NCBI GenBank assembly: GCA_000092065.1
Contig: CP000582.1
Direction: 5' to 3' (one strand)
From: Ostreococcus lucimarinus
Taxonomy: Eukaryota
Length of the DNA: 64,000 nt
Position numbers and translations under genes: made by a program. Shown in pieces: positions 41,601-56,600 of this stretch (positions within the stretch are counted from its first letter, which is position 1; the number at the start of each line of letters is the position of its first letter). Below the pieces are notes generated by a model. The model searched no databases. It saw only the letters and a program-made list of their open reading frames with translations, and was not told where the DNA came from.

Positions 41601-44600
41601 ACAGATGGATGCATTCCATTCATAGATAAGCGCTCCGATGCCACCGACACCACCGGTGTAAATGTCGCTGCACGGGTGTAGAAGCGCATTAGAGTCGCAC
41701 TGTGCGATGTGCTTTGCCATCGCTCGACGTGGGTCTCGCCACAACATTTTTGCGTGTAAATTCGGACAGACCTTCGATAACGTCGGCGTGCGGACATGGC
41801 GATTCGATATTGATTTGGCATGCACCTCGTTCGAATCAGAATTTGAATGAAGAAAGTCGGTTGCTTTTGCGTGCACAATACTTGATGCGCCCAAATCAAC
41901 GCACACTAAACGCTGTGACATCTCATGTGCGCCACTCCTGAAGATACCCCACATGGCACCAGCGACCGGAATACATCGACCGATAGAGCTCTGCGTGTCA
42001 GCACATAGGCGTGGACAGGCTGACACCAGCTCTGTTGCTGTCGTGCGAATCACGCATAGATTGGAACTTGCATGTAAACTCTGCACGGCAAGAGAAGCCA
42101 CGCGTGATGCACTTTGCCTCCCCGCAGCTAAATGCGAGTATACGTTCGTGACACCTTCTGTACGGAGAAGCGGTCCTCTGTATGTGTTCTCGGTTTTCCA
42201 CGTGGCGCGATATATCATATCGATGGCGTGTCTTCCTTGCCTCCCACCATAATAGCGCTCTGATCCCATCGCTGCAGGCTCTGAGTGAGACGCAACCTTT
42301 TTGCCCAGTAGTTCGTGCATCGCAAGTTGATTTTCCGTCGCTTGCTGTGCTATATGGTCACTCTGCATCTTTTGCGGCGAGAAGCGTGATAGTGCGTGGT
42401 CTCGGGACCGTGCCAACGAAGTTTGGTGTGTGCAGATTTCGAGACTCACTGGCAAGTGCAATTCAAAGCTATCATCACTGAAAGTATTTAGCCTGAGAGC
42501 TGATAAGCTCTGCACGTGCGCATCGAGCTCTGCGGCAAACGACTGATCTAGTGTTTGCACCTTTTTACTATGAACTTTGAAGTGCAAATCAAGGCTGGAT
42601 TTGGAGACGTTTGCGTAATACACTTTCGGCGATGGAGTTCGTTGCGTGAGCATGGTCTGCACTACTTTACAAGACGTGTGCCCTGCTCGTTGTGACGATA
42701 CGGAAATACTGCCGGTAGTTTGCGATATTTTGAACGATAATGCATCGTTGCGCCAAGTATCCAACAAACAGGCAGCATGTATTTGCGTGCGACGCACCAC
42801 GTTAACAGTCATTGTGTGGAGTTGCTTTACACAAGTGAGGGTCAGCTCCAGAAAGCTGGTAGCGGGGAGAACCAAGCGGCCACGAACGCAGTGATCGCGA
42901 TCTATATGTCGTGTTTTTAATGGTGGGAGTTGAATCCGTAGGCATTCGCTCGTCTCGACTGCGTGCACGAGCCGCAGGCCAAAGGCAGCATGTGATATCC
43001 AACACTCGATGCTGTGTTGCATGACAGAAGCATCTGGCAAGGATTTCATCACGTAATCGCGTCGAACAGATACGTGTGCGTTCGTTCCTTGAAATGCAAA
43101 CGCGCTCACTCCTCGGTTTACGGCGTGTGCATCACATTGCCACGCACTTTGCGTTGCCTGGCGTGGAAGAGCGATTCCGCATCGCTCAGCCGTATCTTGA
43201 TTCAGAATACTCTGAATGTGGGTGCTGAGCTGGCATAGGTGCACGAGCGCAGGAGTGTTCAAGCGAAATATGCAATCAACAATGCCACACAGACCCATAC
43301 CGCCCGAAGCTGGCTCGGTGTGTCCGCAGCGAGTCTTCATTGCTGAAAAAGTAACGACTGGCAATCTTTTGAGGCTGCTAAGTACGGTGCGCGCTGCGCC
43401 AACTTCTATAGGATCCCCCAGAGACGTGCCAGTACCATGAAGCTCTATACCACCAGAAGAGCTGTTATCATTACCAGACTGGAGCATGGTGTGCAAAATC
43501 ACGCTCTGCTGCGATGGGCCATGGGGGGCTGTGAGAGAGCTTGAGCGTCCATCTTGGTTGACAGAAGATGCAGAAGCGTAAAACATGCAGTAGTCGTCGC
43601 GCACGCCGTCGCTGTGCGGTGTCAAGAGCAGCAACGTTGATCCTTCTCCTCGAACGTAGCCGTTTGCAGCCATGTCCAGAGTCTTACATCGCCCATCATC
43701 TGCCAGCATCCCCGCAGTTCTAAAAACAATAGTCGTCGTCGGGTTCAGGGTGATGTTCACGCCGCAACATATCATGCTGTCGCATTCTCCCGTGAGCACT
43801 GCGTTACGCGCTACATGTGATCCAACTAAAGACGACGAGCACGCTGTGTCGATGCTTGCACACGTTCCGCGCAGATTGTATGTGAAAGAAATCCGTCCAC
43901 ACGCAACACTGAGTGAGCCACCAGTTGCTTGAAGCTTGCCGGCACGAGAGGTGATCGCGCTGTAATCAGTGCTAGATATACCGACAACAACGCCACATCC
44001 CTCGCTATATTGGCCGTTTACTGCATGTGCGCGCCCATCTAAGGCGCGCGCTAGAAGGATGCGCTGCTGTGGGTCCACGGCAGTAGCTTCTGCACGTCGC
44101 ATTGAAAACAGGGCAATATCAAAATATTCAATGTTATGGAGAAATCTACCAAACCGTATCAGGGCGTAATCGTCGGCTCTAATATCCCACCGATTTTCAG
44201 GCACACCACTTACGTCATCCAGTGCGTGCTGATACTGCCCGGGGCTGCTGACTGATGATATGCGTACTTCAATCGAACGAGTTGGGCTGTCAATTGGCAG
44301 TTCTGTTTCTGTTCTTTTTATTTCGTTCTCAGCCCCTAGGATCAATCCTGCTATACTCTTGACCGTGGGGTAATCGAATATGAGGGTACTCGGAAGGTCG
44401 GTAATTGTAAAAGCATCTGCTATCGCGTTACGACTCTCAACGGCACCAAGCGAATCAACACCGGCCTCCATTATCGCGGAGTCAGCAGTGAGTTCATGAC
44501 CAGAGACTTCCTTGAAAATTTGCAATAGTTTTTGTACTACCAGTACTTCTGTGTCTTTGGCAGAGGCCGTATTCTTGCTGTCTACGTTCCCCGCTTGATT

Positions 44601-47600
44601 GAAGTTTTGCTTCTTTCCGTACAGGAAGCGATTTTTCACTGCGAATGACATGAACCTACTCCAGTTTAGTCCGGTCGCTATCAACTGCTGCGATAATAGT
44701 GTAAAATTGTGATGTAGTATGGAGTGATCGAGACGCGTCTGGATTATAGACATAGCAACTGATGGTTGTATGTATTGAAGACCAACTCGTTCCATACGAC
44801 GAGAAATACCGTCAGAATTAGCCATTCCATCACCAGCGAGCCATGCACCCCATTGAATTGACTCGTTTACCATGCCACGTTCTTTGCAAGTTGAACTCCA
44901 TTGATCTAACCAACTGTTTGCATACGTATAGTTACTTTGACCAATTGAAGCAATGGTCGCCGCCAGGGATGAGAAATTTAGAAATGTTTTCACCAGGTAG
45001 GCATCTTTTAGCGCACTATGCAATCGTTTTACCCCACTCACTTTCGGTGCAGACACTTCAGCCAAGTGAGCTGATGTCTGATCGCAGATCAACGCATCTC
45101 TTAGAACTCCACTAGTGTGAAATATTCCCACAGAGTCAGACAAAGACAACGATCTGAAAATTGTCGAGAATTCGGAGCATGATATGTCTGCGTTCTCCAG
45201 TGTGAAGTGCAAGCGGCTATCCCTTGGCAATCTCATTATTCCATTATTATGACCATTACGTGATAGAAGTATAACACTATTTGCACCAATACCCAGCAAC
45301 CACCGTGTGAGCAGTATTCCAATCGCTCCAGTTCCACCCGTGACTAATTGATGACCAGACATCACAGTTTTGTGATACACGACGACTTTTCCAATGTGGG
45401 ACGCTCTCGTCATTTCCCTCATGCTTTGACGGATGAACCGAAATTCGTTGCTCAAACATATCGATGGCTGTATCAAACCAGCACACATAAACAACCCCAG
45501 TAATGATAAACGAAAACTGAGTTCAGCAATAGACTGGTGATCAATAGCCTTGACTTCATAAGTTGCTTTATAGTTTTCTTTTTCGAACGCGTCGGCTGAC
45601 CAAATACCGCGCTTTGATAGCTCTAAAAATGTAGCGTGTACATTCAATATCGACAAGGAGGCCGCAATCATGCCAGGTGATGTAAGCGTATTTAAGACTA
45701 CGTCGACGGGACAACTTCGTGATAAAGAGCTTAAAAATACTGACTGCGAAAACTTAGTCGATCGTGAGTTGCTCATGCATGGAATACCAAGGTATCGCAT
45801 CAAATGCCGTTTCTTCACATTACTCGATGTTCCAGAGAGCGAGTCACCCATCATAGAACATATCGATTTTATCGCAAGTCCAACGCCACCCGTCGTCCCA
45901 TGTACGAGAAGATGAGCTGGAGTGGTTTTAAGTCGACGAATGGAGCTAAAACATTCGTCGACGGTGAGAAAAACTGTCGGAATCGCCGAAGCTTCGATAA
46001 AATTTACTCGCGGCGGTTTTATGCTAAATAATGAACGGTGTACGTAAGCTACGTCACCGAGACAACCAGTCGTCAAGCCAAATATAGCATCTCCGTGTGA
46101 ATGAGAGTACACATCGTCAATTATGCCTGAAAAGTCTGTACCCGGTGGTTCTGTCACCCCAGGGTACATATCTAGAATATTCAAAACGTCCCTGAAGTTC
46201 AGCCCTACGGCAAGAATCCGCGTTCTAACAAATGGCTTTGATACTGTGATTCCACTATCCAAAGCTATACTCGGTACGGGAGTCAGATCTTTTATCGCAC
46301 CTCTGGGACTTGGTTGAAGTACAAAGTTATTCAATGGTACTTTTCGGCATCCGTGTATCATTGGAACATATCTAGCTCGAGCCAAATATTGAGACTGAAT
46401 TGGTTCTGCACGACTTTCACATTCTGCCTTCTTAAAGTGGCTCGACGCTCGCTTTAGCGATAGTGGAGAGTCGCTGTGCACGTCCAAGTGATAAGTTTGA
46501 TTGAGATCAGCTACAGAGACCATCGATATTGTGTGTATCACAGATGCTGAAATGACATTTGACATATTTTCTCCCGCGCGACCAACTGGTGTGCTTGATG
46601 TGGCGAGCCCAACAAGCCGTATTGACGCATGCACATTTTGCATCATCGCAGCGTAAGACGGGGCATATCGGTATGAAGTCGATGTGTTAGTATCCATACT
46701 GCGTCCCAGATTGTATGAGTGTGGGGTTTGCGGACAAACGTGCTTGATATGATGCACTGCGCACCACATTAGTGCATATAGCACACTTGATTGCACTTTC
46801 TTGTTCAAGTTTTCTCTTTCGAAAGCACGATTCATAGTACTCAAAGGTTTGCATTGTAAACGGCGCAATAGTGCAAGATTTGATGTCGTATGATTACTCT
46901 CGGGTGCATCTTTCTTCTTTGCTGAGGACGAGCTCTCAAACTGGTGCTCTAAAGGCAGCTGCTGCAGTTGAAATATATGTATCACTGCTGGTACGTGAAC
47001 CACGTCGTTATTTTCTTTGTCCATCAAGCAATACAAAATGTGCATGGAGCAATCAATCAGATGTGCTGCTCCGACGGTCGCGCATGCTGAGCCGACGTAC
47101 TTTGACATCTTTGTCTTAAGAGCACCACGCCGTGAACGAATGCAATGCCCAAGCTGCTGGAAAGGTTCCCTGATATTGGAACCATCATTTGTTTTTCGGA
47201 ATTTGGAGGTTGTTGCGCTCTCGCCAGAACGCAACATGAGTCGCATAGTGCTATCTCGATATGTTACCACTGATATCGTATCAAGCTGCTTCAGTACGAT
47301 TGGAATCAGCAAGATTGTCTTCATTTGAAGCACGCTATCAATGAGCAAGTCGTCCAAGGGAATTATCGGAATAATCAATGATGCAGCTGCGGGTAGAACG
47401 GGCGTGTGGTTCACGCTGTGGTCGTGTAAGCTAGACCAAGCAGGTCTACATATATTGACGGTGAAAACCGCTCTCGACGCTGATTTAAAGACACTTATAA
47501 GTTGCACATTTGAATACAAAGTACCAACACCAGCATGGAACATTTGCGAACAAAGTAAACGCGCTCTTGTCGAGCAACAACGATGCGTCAACTTCGATGG

Positions 47601-50600
47601 AATCGCGCGGATAATTGTGTGCGCATTAACGCCACTCATTCCAAAAGAAGAAGAAGCCGTAAGCTCGATTTGCGGCGCTGTTGTCATCGCTCGTGCAATG
47701 TGAACATTCCCTTCGCTGGCCACGTGTGTGAATACACTAAGATGTGGATTCAGATTACGACAAAGGCGCATTCCAAAATTAACAGCGTGCGTTGAGCAGA
47801 CTATAGAATCGAGAATGCCAACTACTCCCGCGCTACCTTCGGTATGGCCTAGTGAACTTTTACTGGTTCCAATGAGAAGAAATGAAAAGCATGATTGAAG
47901 TTGCATTAGGCTACTGAGCTCGATCGAGTCTCCAAGCGAGGTTCCAGTTCCATGGAGTGAAAGATAGCAGCTACGACTCGACGCATTTTCAATGCGTAGC
48001 AACGCGACTTGGATCAACTTCTGCTGGCTTGGTCCGTTGGGAGCCGTGAACGAACTTGAGCGCCCATCTTGGTTCACAGTGCACGCCGATAACACAAAAT
48101 CGTGTCGGCTTTCATATCTATGGGCTGGCTGGACTGGTTCTAAATGTAAAAGACCAAATGCTTCTCCTCTTCCATATCCGTCCGCTCCAGCATCTAAGGT
48201 TTTGCATCGGCCATCGTAAGCAATAGCACCGAGAGATGACAAAGTCACGAAGGTATCCGGAATCAGTATACATTGCGTGCCGCCAGACAACGTAGACGAA
48301 GCATGTGAGCCATCCATACTTGCACACGCTAAGTGCGCCGCTACCATTGACGAGGAGCATGCCGTATCTATCGCGATGCTCGGCCCATTCATTCCGAAGG
48401 TGAACGATGGTCTGCTAGCGAGGAACGAAATACCATTACCTGTACCTGCGTACGCATAGAACGCCCATTTTGTCGATCTCAGAATGAACTGGTAGTCATT
48501 CCACATTACGCCAATAAATACCCCCATATGATGATATATTTTCGTGTCAGATACACCATGCAAGCATTCGATGCAACAATTCAACAAATGACGTTGCTGC
48601 GGGTCCATGCATATCGTTTCTTGAGGTGTCAAGTGGAATATAGTGTTGTCAAAGTAAAAGATGTCGCGCAACAACACAGCAAATCGCGTAGATCCACTGA
48701 GAAGCTCAACGTCAAAACGAGTAGAAAGCCGTCTTTGCAATTCAGCACCAGTGACCAGTGACGTCCGCAAGCTTTGCAAATTCTTTATGTTGTTTGGATA
48801 TCGAAGTGAAATGTTTGATATTTTGTGAACATTCGATCCTGTTCCTTCGTGAGGATTCAATCCCAGTGATTTCGATTTCAAATCGAGTGAAATCACTGAA
48901 TCTGAAGTTGTACGCGCGTCCGTGAATGAGAAGATTGCTTTGCTTAGCTCATGCACTGTTGGATAATCGAACATTGATATAATTGGCAAGTCTATCTGGA
49001 ATTTGGCGTTTATAGACGATCGAAGGTCAGCAAGCGCCAAGCTGTCAAGTCCAAGCTGCATAATAGGCTGCGCATCATCAATATATGTATACGTTTCCAT
49101 GTCGATCGATGACATTATCGCGTGTCGTAGAAAATCGGCAATCGTATCAAAAGAATATGAACTAGTTTTTGTCTGAATTGAATCTGATACGATATTCGGT
49201 GTGGAAGGGCTAGTGAGCGCAGGCAGACGCGACGCTATGTATGTGGGTACCGTACAGGCATTCAACATAGAAAGGTTTAGCATAAACAAGCCGTGGGCGA
49301 CGTTTATAGATGCTAATAAGCGCTTCTCCAAATGTGCGTCCAGGCGGGCCATTCCAAAGACGGCGTCCGTCCATGCACCAAATTGGACACTGGAACTAGA
49401 GAATCCGCTGTTGAACATCAACTTCACACATTCATCTAACACGTTATTTGATATTGAATAATTCATTTGACCGAATGAATAAATAAAGCCAGTTATTGAC
49501 GAGCACGCGATTGATCGTTGAGCTTGTATATTTGCTAAGGCGTGGTCACGAACATATCCTAGTACTTTTGCAGAGGTTACAGTAGACATCGTTTCTGGAG
49601 TCTGTCGGAGCACAACAGCATCACACAATGACCCACTGGCGTACACAAATGTATTTATTCTATTGCGATCGATTGAAGTCAAGCCTTCTCGTGCAATTCC
49701 GCGATCACTCTTAAATGATCGAACTATGCTCTGTCCAAACCTCGAATGCACTCGGAGTTTTGCAATATGAGCGCTCCAACCACGACGACTCGAGAGGGAA
49801 AGATTGCTAGCGTCGGAGTGTAGAAGAAATAACGAAAGACACGACCCGATAGCGCCAGTCGCACCGGATATCGAAACGCCATTTCTTAAACTAGTCCCGT
49901 AATATGAATTATTTTCACAAATAAAAATATTTGGAATTCGACTAGGAATCACGTGTACCTCGTCATCATTTTGCAACTTGCCGATACCTGGGAGGTGTTT
50001 TGTGGCACTGATACCCATAGCTTCAATTTTTAGATACGTGGCGGCGATTTCACACGTCTTCATTTTCGAGTAAATGTTGGAATTTTTTGGTAACGGTGAG
50101 CTGTACATTGACCATGAATATGTGTGACGCGGTATGTGAGTGTCAATCCGATATGAACGCGCCGAAACATGAGATATGACTGCCAAAGCTGTTCGATTGA
50201 GACAAGATGAATCGGCTGACGCCCACGGAAAGTACTGAAAACTATGCCCATGTAAGTCACTAAGATGTTTGCTTGCGCGATAACGCACAAGGTTCCACAG
50301 AGTGTTTTTATGCACCTTGTGGATGGAAGCGCGGATACGAGAGCTTTTCATTCGAAACTTGATCACCGAGCCAATGCTAAAATTATCTGCATACATGGAG
50401 TAATCTGCTTCGGACAGTGGCTCTCGTGATATTTTAGTAGTCAATGGGATCTTTACGTACGTTGTCCTGTCTATGACATCTGTAAAGGCATTTGACAAAT
50501 ACAGCTCTCGCAAACCAGTAGGTATGTACGATGAAAATGACTTGGGTGAGTGCAGAGCGGCGCAGGATTGAAAGGTGTTATCAAGCGACGAGCTGTGGTA

Positions 50601-53600
50601 ATCGTGGAAGAAATCTATTTTGATTGAACTACGGCTAGTGCACACCATAGTATTATTATCGAATACCAGTGGGTTAGCATATTCGTGTGTTTGATATACT
50701 TTTGTACTTCGTGTACATTTCCAAAGGCATTTAAAAAACAAGATACTTTCGGAGTACATTTCCAGTGCGCTAGACGTCGTATCTATACGAATATCATTGA
50801 TTTGTGCCTTTCCGTTGGCCGGCAAAATGACCCGCGCAGTTGGGATAGTCACGTCACACATATTGCGAATTTTGGTTTCAACGAACATGCGAACTGCAGA
50901 TGAGCAGAGTAACAACATACTCGCAGCTGGTAAGATTGCTTTCCCGTGAACAGAGTGATCAAATAACCCGGTATTATTAGTGCTGATGATGTTACCTTGC
51001 ATGACAACATGTGTGCTCTTTGCAACGGTCAATGAATGAAGACGTTGAGGCAAAGTCGGAGTTATCCAAATACGATCTCTCTGCAGCAAACGCATGGACC
51101 ATCGGATCGGGAGATTCGTCGCGCGTTTTATCCGATTCTGCAATATGGCGTGCGCGTTTGTGCCTTGGAATGCAAACGCGCTGACAGATGCATGAGTTTC
51201 TGATGAAAAATGTGCGTTCAACAACGGGACGATTGCACGAGGTGAACGCATGGAGTTCTTATGTGCTTGGTTGAATGTCTCGGATATATGTGTGTTGATA
51301 CACCTCAACAATCGGATTGAGATGCACTTACTAGATGAGACACTCTCAGAAGCTTTCAAGATATTGATGGAACCTGATGCTGGTTCCGCATGCCCGCAGT
51401 GTGACTTATTCGCCTGTAAGGCGACAGTATATGAACTATATGAGTATGCACTCATAGTAGCACTCAACTCAATCGGATCACCTAGAATTGTACCAGTGCC
51501 GTGCAGTTGAATAGTTTCGACCGAAACGTCCCTGCGTTGTGTCGCTAATTTCATCACGGCTTCCTGTGCTAGCCCACTGGGAGCAGTGAGCGAACTAGAG
51601 CGACCATCTTGATTCGCTGCGCTACCGTGGAGGATTATCGAGTTTGATACCAACGTATGCCTCCACAATAGAATATGCATCATACCCGCTTCTGCCCGTA
51701 CGTATCCATCTGCAGACGCATCAAGGGTTTTACAATGGCCGTCTGCTGAAAGCATTTTGGACATCTCAAATATCAAGGAAGAACGTTCCAGTAGCGTGAG
51801 ATTTATCCCCCCTAGGCAACACCCACGCATGTGAGTGTCCAACGTTCGATGAAACATGGTGACACAAATCAAAGCTGACGAGCAAGCTGTATCGACACAT
51901 ACACTTCTACCACTTAGCGCAAAGGTGTATGAAATACGTCCACTTGCAACACTGGCGATAGTACCGGTACCAAGGAAATTACTTTCTGAGTACGCACACA
52001 GAGTTGCATACTCGGCGCTTGAAATTCCAACACCTACCCCCCAGCTGTTGTCCATGTCTTTCACGACTGATACACAATTATCCACCAACATCAGCACAAT
52101 GCGATGTTGTGGATCGATGTAAAGAGCTTCCTGTCGACCAACATTGAAATAACTACAATCGAATCGATCAGGAGATTCGATAGTGACTCCGCATCGTACT
52201 GACTTTCCTATTGTGTGGTCGACATCAGTAGACCATCTTGTTCCCATATGATTGTCAGAGTTTGGCAAGAGAGAGCTAAGAATAGGAATGCTGTGAATTG
52301 AATCGTCGTTGCTCGCGGCTTCAAGCATGAGATTCGATTGCAAACTCGGAACTGAATCCTGGTAAGACAACAATGTAGCGAGGTATGCTGAAATGTCTCG
52401 AACGGTTGGATAGTTGAATACCAACGTCACTGGCAAATCCGAATTGAGGGCGCTTGAGATTTGATCACGAATGTCCACGGACACTATAGAATCTATACCC
52501 ATTTCCACCAGCGATACGTCGTCTTGTACACGCATTCCCATTACGGATGAAACAATCGCACTCACACTTAGACGTATGTCCTCGAAACTTCTCATTGGCA
52601 TTTTCACTGGGATGTCTTTGCCAGCGTCGCGCTCAACAAAGCCCCTTTCATTTTTAGAAAGATTCGTGTGCTCATGGAGTTTTCGAGCACGTGGACGTCT
52701 TTGATGCGGTAGCTCCTTGAACTTGTTGACTAGAACGATCGATAGCCCTTTCGATGAGAGAATCTTATCCAGCATACAAAGTGCCGATTTTTCATCCACG
52801 CTACCAACGCCTAAATCGTGGAGTCTTTGCAATACTGTGGGCGTCGACATACCGTCAGTACAATCCCAAGCACCCCATTGTATACTTTTCCACACATTAC
52901 CACACTGTGTCTGGTTTTGTGCGAATGAATCAGTCATGGCATTAGCTGCAGCATAATTTGCTTGTCCGGTGGATTTTAGGACATGTGATGTCGATGAAAA
53001 GACCAACCATGCCCGTAAAGCAGTGAGACTGAAGGCGCATTGAAGTTTTTCAGCGGCTCGGTGCTTGGGCGCGCAGACAGTTCTAATCTTATTCGGATTT
53101 TGGTGTACACTCAAGCCATCATATAACAAACCCGAAGCATGTAGCACATACTCGCACGCAAGATTTGGTGCTGCAAAAGTTGCCGAAAAGTCAGCCCAAC
53201 TCGCGACATCAATTTTGTGCACAGATATCTCCATAAAGGGACATGAATGGTTGAGATCAAATCGTGCGCTCCGACCGCTTCTCGATGCACATATGAGCTC
53301 ACCCGTGCGTGGCTTGTTAGTGTATATGTGGCGAGCAATAATGGTGGAGAGTGCGCCTAGTCCTCCGCTCATCAAGATGCCGCCATCGAACTGCATCGTA
53401 TCAGTGGAGAATGTACTATCTAGTATTCTTGGGAGGTAACGCGAAGATATTGTCGCTTTTACGCGCTGCGCCTCAAGAAAGCGCACAGATACTACTTTGT
53501 GTGAAATTGTCGTTTGTTCCGTGCCCAAACTGTCGATGTATGAGCACTGCGGGATAGTATGGTCTCTACAACCCATATTTCTTGTAATGTCGTAAGACCC

Positions 53601-56600
53601 CATTGATTTGATGTAGTACGGAGTACTTATTTCTTCGCACGCAATCTTGCATACTGTCTCAACTGCAGAAGATATACACGGGGTATGTGTGGTACTTAGG
53701 CCCAATTCGGCAACCTGAACATGTGTCGCTACATTCTGTAAAGCACAAAAAGACGATGAAATCAGTTGCGTCGTGTTCACACCGCTTTCGAATTTGAGCG
53801 ATGCGCGCTGAATTGGATTGGTACAGAGTATAGTAGAGAAGTTTATAGCATCTTTTCTTCCCATGGTGTCCTTTCGATAAAGCGAGTTGGTATAGATAAC
53901 TTTTATTTTTGCTTGACGCTTAAGCTTAATATCTGCGTCGAACCTCGCTCGTCGAAAACTCGCGCATGAAAGGCTTACGGTGAAATTACGAGTCGCGTTC
54001 TGCATGCAATGGTCTGATTCACCGCAATTTTTCAATGAGATACGACAACTCAACATTGAATTGCCAGAACAGTTCGAAATTGTGGCCATTTTGACACCTA
54101 CTGGCAAAAGAAGCACGTTGGGTGTGTCCACGACGGACGTGCAAGCTCGTAGCTGTAAAGAGCAATCCATCACGTTCGGCTCGAAAGCGAACATTTGCTC
54201 AATGTGCATCCATCTAGGAATGCGGGCTGTTCGGCTATATACATATTTAGAAGCTGCGAAAGTGTTTTTGCTCTCTATCGAACAGCGCGTATGCGCTCGA
54301 TTAGGAACATCTGCGATGTGTGCACATGCATGCATGGTATGCTGAATGACTATTCGACTTTTGTAATCTTCAATCCGTAAATGAATTTTTCTGTGCCTTT
54401 GCTTACTTGATAGAGGAATGGGAGCACATGTTAGCTGATTTGCAGCCCCAGCAACACGACAAGTTGAAAAGAGACCAGCATGAGCGGAAAGAAATATCTC
54501 TAAAATCGCGGTGTTTGGCAAAATGCATGTGTCTTTGACAGTGTGATCCAGCAAGTAGTTCGAATGTAAATGTTTGAACTGTAGCTCAATTAATCCTTTT
54601 GCCGGAATATACTGTATTTGGGGGTGCGGAGTAAATATATCTACGTTCCATTGTACTTTCAAGTTCTTCAAGACAGACGTCACATTATGCGATTCAAATC
54701 CAAGTGTGAGTGCAATCATACAATTTGTCCCTTGGAACGCAAACGCACTCGTGGTGACAAATTTTGGACAATCTGCCAAAAACTCCATTTGGTGACACTG
54801 TCGGTTTATGACGATTGCTGCGTGAGTGCAAACTCGATCTTCTACCAATGGATTCATTACTCGAAGCGAGACATTTCCAGTGTTGGATGAAATCAAACTT
54901 TTTGCGACTTGAGATAGTGTCAACACCCCAGATGCGGGCTCGCCGTGCCCCACACGACATTTGACAGCTTCCAGTTGTACGGCATGAGAGTGTGACTCAA
55001 AGTGAACTAATCCACCTAAGTAGGCTCCGATTTCGATTGGATCGCCCAACGGTGTCCCCGTGCTGTGTAAGTACGAGCATTCTACATGCCCGGCGCGGGA
55101 TCCATGCAATAGTTCAACAAGCGCACGCTGCTGCGCTTGGCCATTTGGTGCCGTGAGCGCGGAAGAACGCCCGTCCTGATTGATAATTGAGTGCAAAATA
55201 CTACAGACATATCCAGAAGTTTTGGTCGGTAATTTCTGTTTAGCACCAGAGTGCAATAAACAAGCGTGCGAGGCTTCAGCGCGACTGTATCCATCAGCAC
55301 ATACATCAAGCGATTTACAACGCCCATCATCTGCGAGCATTCCAGTGACTGCAAATAAAGACATCGTTGATTGTAAAAGAATGACGTTCACACCGTAAAC
55401 AATTATGTGATTCCCTTCATCACGCAGATACCTACGCGCCACATCAACTGCAACGAGAGAGGACGAACACGCTGTATCTATCGCAATCGACACACCTCCC
55501 AGATTGTGATGAAATGAAACGCGTCCTGGTACAACTGAAAATGCAGCATCCGTGGCGAACCCCGTCTTTGAAATATCGAGGCCACAGTGATCCATGCTCG
55601 AAATTGCAACAAGTATACCTGAGAGGTTCGCATCATCGATCATATGAACGCACTTGAGAGTATCATTCAAAGCAAGGCGTTGCTGAACGTCTATTCGCCG
55701 GGATTCTGCTTGAGAAATCTGAAAGAGTTCGAAGTCAAAAAAGCTTGTTTGTGGAAATAAGAAAGATCCAAAGATCGACGATGTCTTCCATTTCGGACCA
55801 TCAACCAAAATGTCCCATTTAGCAAATGGCACGTGAGATATTAAGTCTGCCGCTTCATTTTGAACATCCGGATAAGATCCCGTAACATACGAAAGTATTA
55901 TCGTTTCTTTTGAGCTAATTTTCGATGTTTGAAGTGGCCCCATAGTGATCACGTTATCATGCATTTTGTCAAATATATAATGGGCGACATCGACATATGA
56001 TACGAAATCAAAAGCAAGAGTAAGAGGCAGTTTGATGTCGAATGATGCCGAAAGTATTTCGCTGAATTCGATCGCAGAAAATGAATCAAAATCCCATCGA
56101 ATTGATGCATCCATCACATCTTGACAATTCGTTACTGATTTTAAAATTTTGAGCACATCGGCTTCGATATGGTTTCTTGTCCGGAGAACCCTCGATGAAC
56201 TATTAATTTGATACGATGAGTTCTCTGCTTTTGAATATTTCCCTGGATTTGAAGTTAATTTCAAATTTCCTGAGCAGAAATAGACGCCGCACGTGGAGCT
56301 GTAGCCAATATTAAAGTGATTCATTCCTATATGACAGAGTAGTAACGTGCAATTTATGTCGATGTTTTGGACCAAAAGACGAACAGCATCAGTGGGGAGC
56401 AGCATACTGATGCCTGACTTGATGTAGCGACTTGAAACGACCTCATCAACCATCCCACCATTTGACCAAGCACCCCACTGGATGCTAATGATAGAAGAAC
56501 CAACATTTCTGCACATATTTGAAGACGAATCCATGAAAGCGTTTGCGGCTACGTAACCCAGCTGTCCTCGTGTTGCGAATAAGCAAGATATTGATGAACA

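Noticed and set aside
35587-44262. Considered whether the regular 3.7-kb repeats could be a CRISPR-like or satellite array
   Set aside because: The unit length (3702 bp) is coding and frame-preserving, with PKS domain content. It is not a short repeat-spacer architecture.
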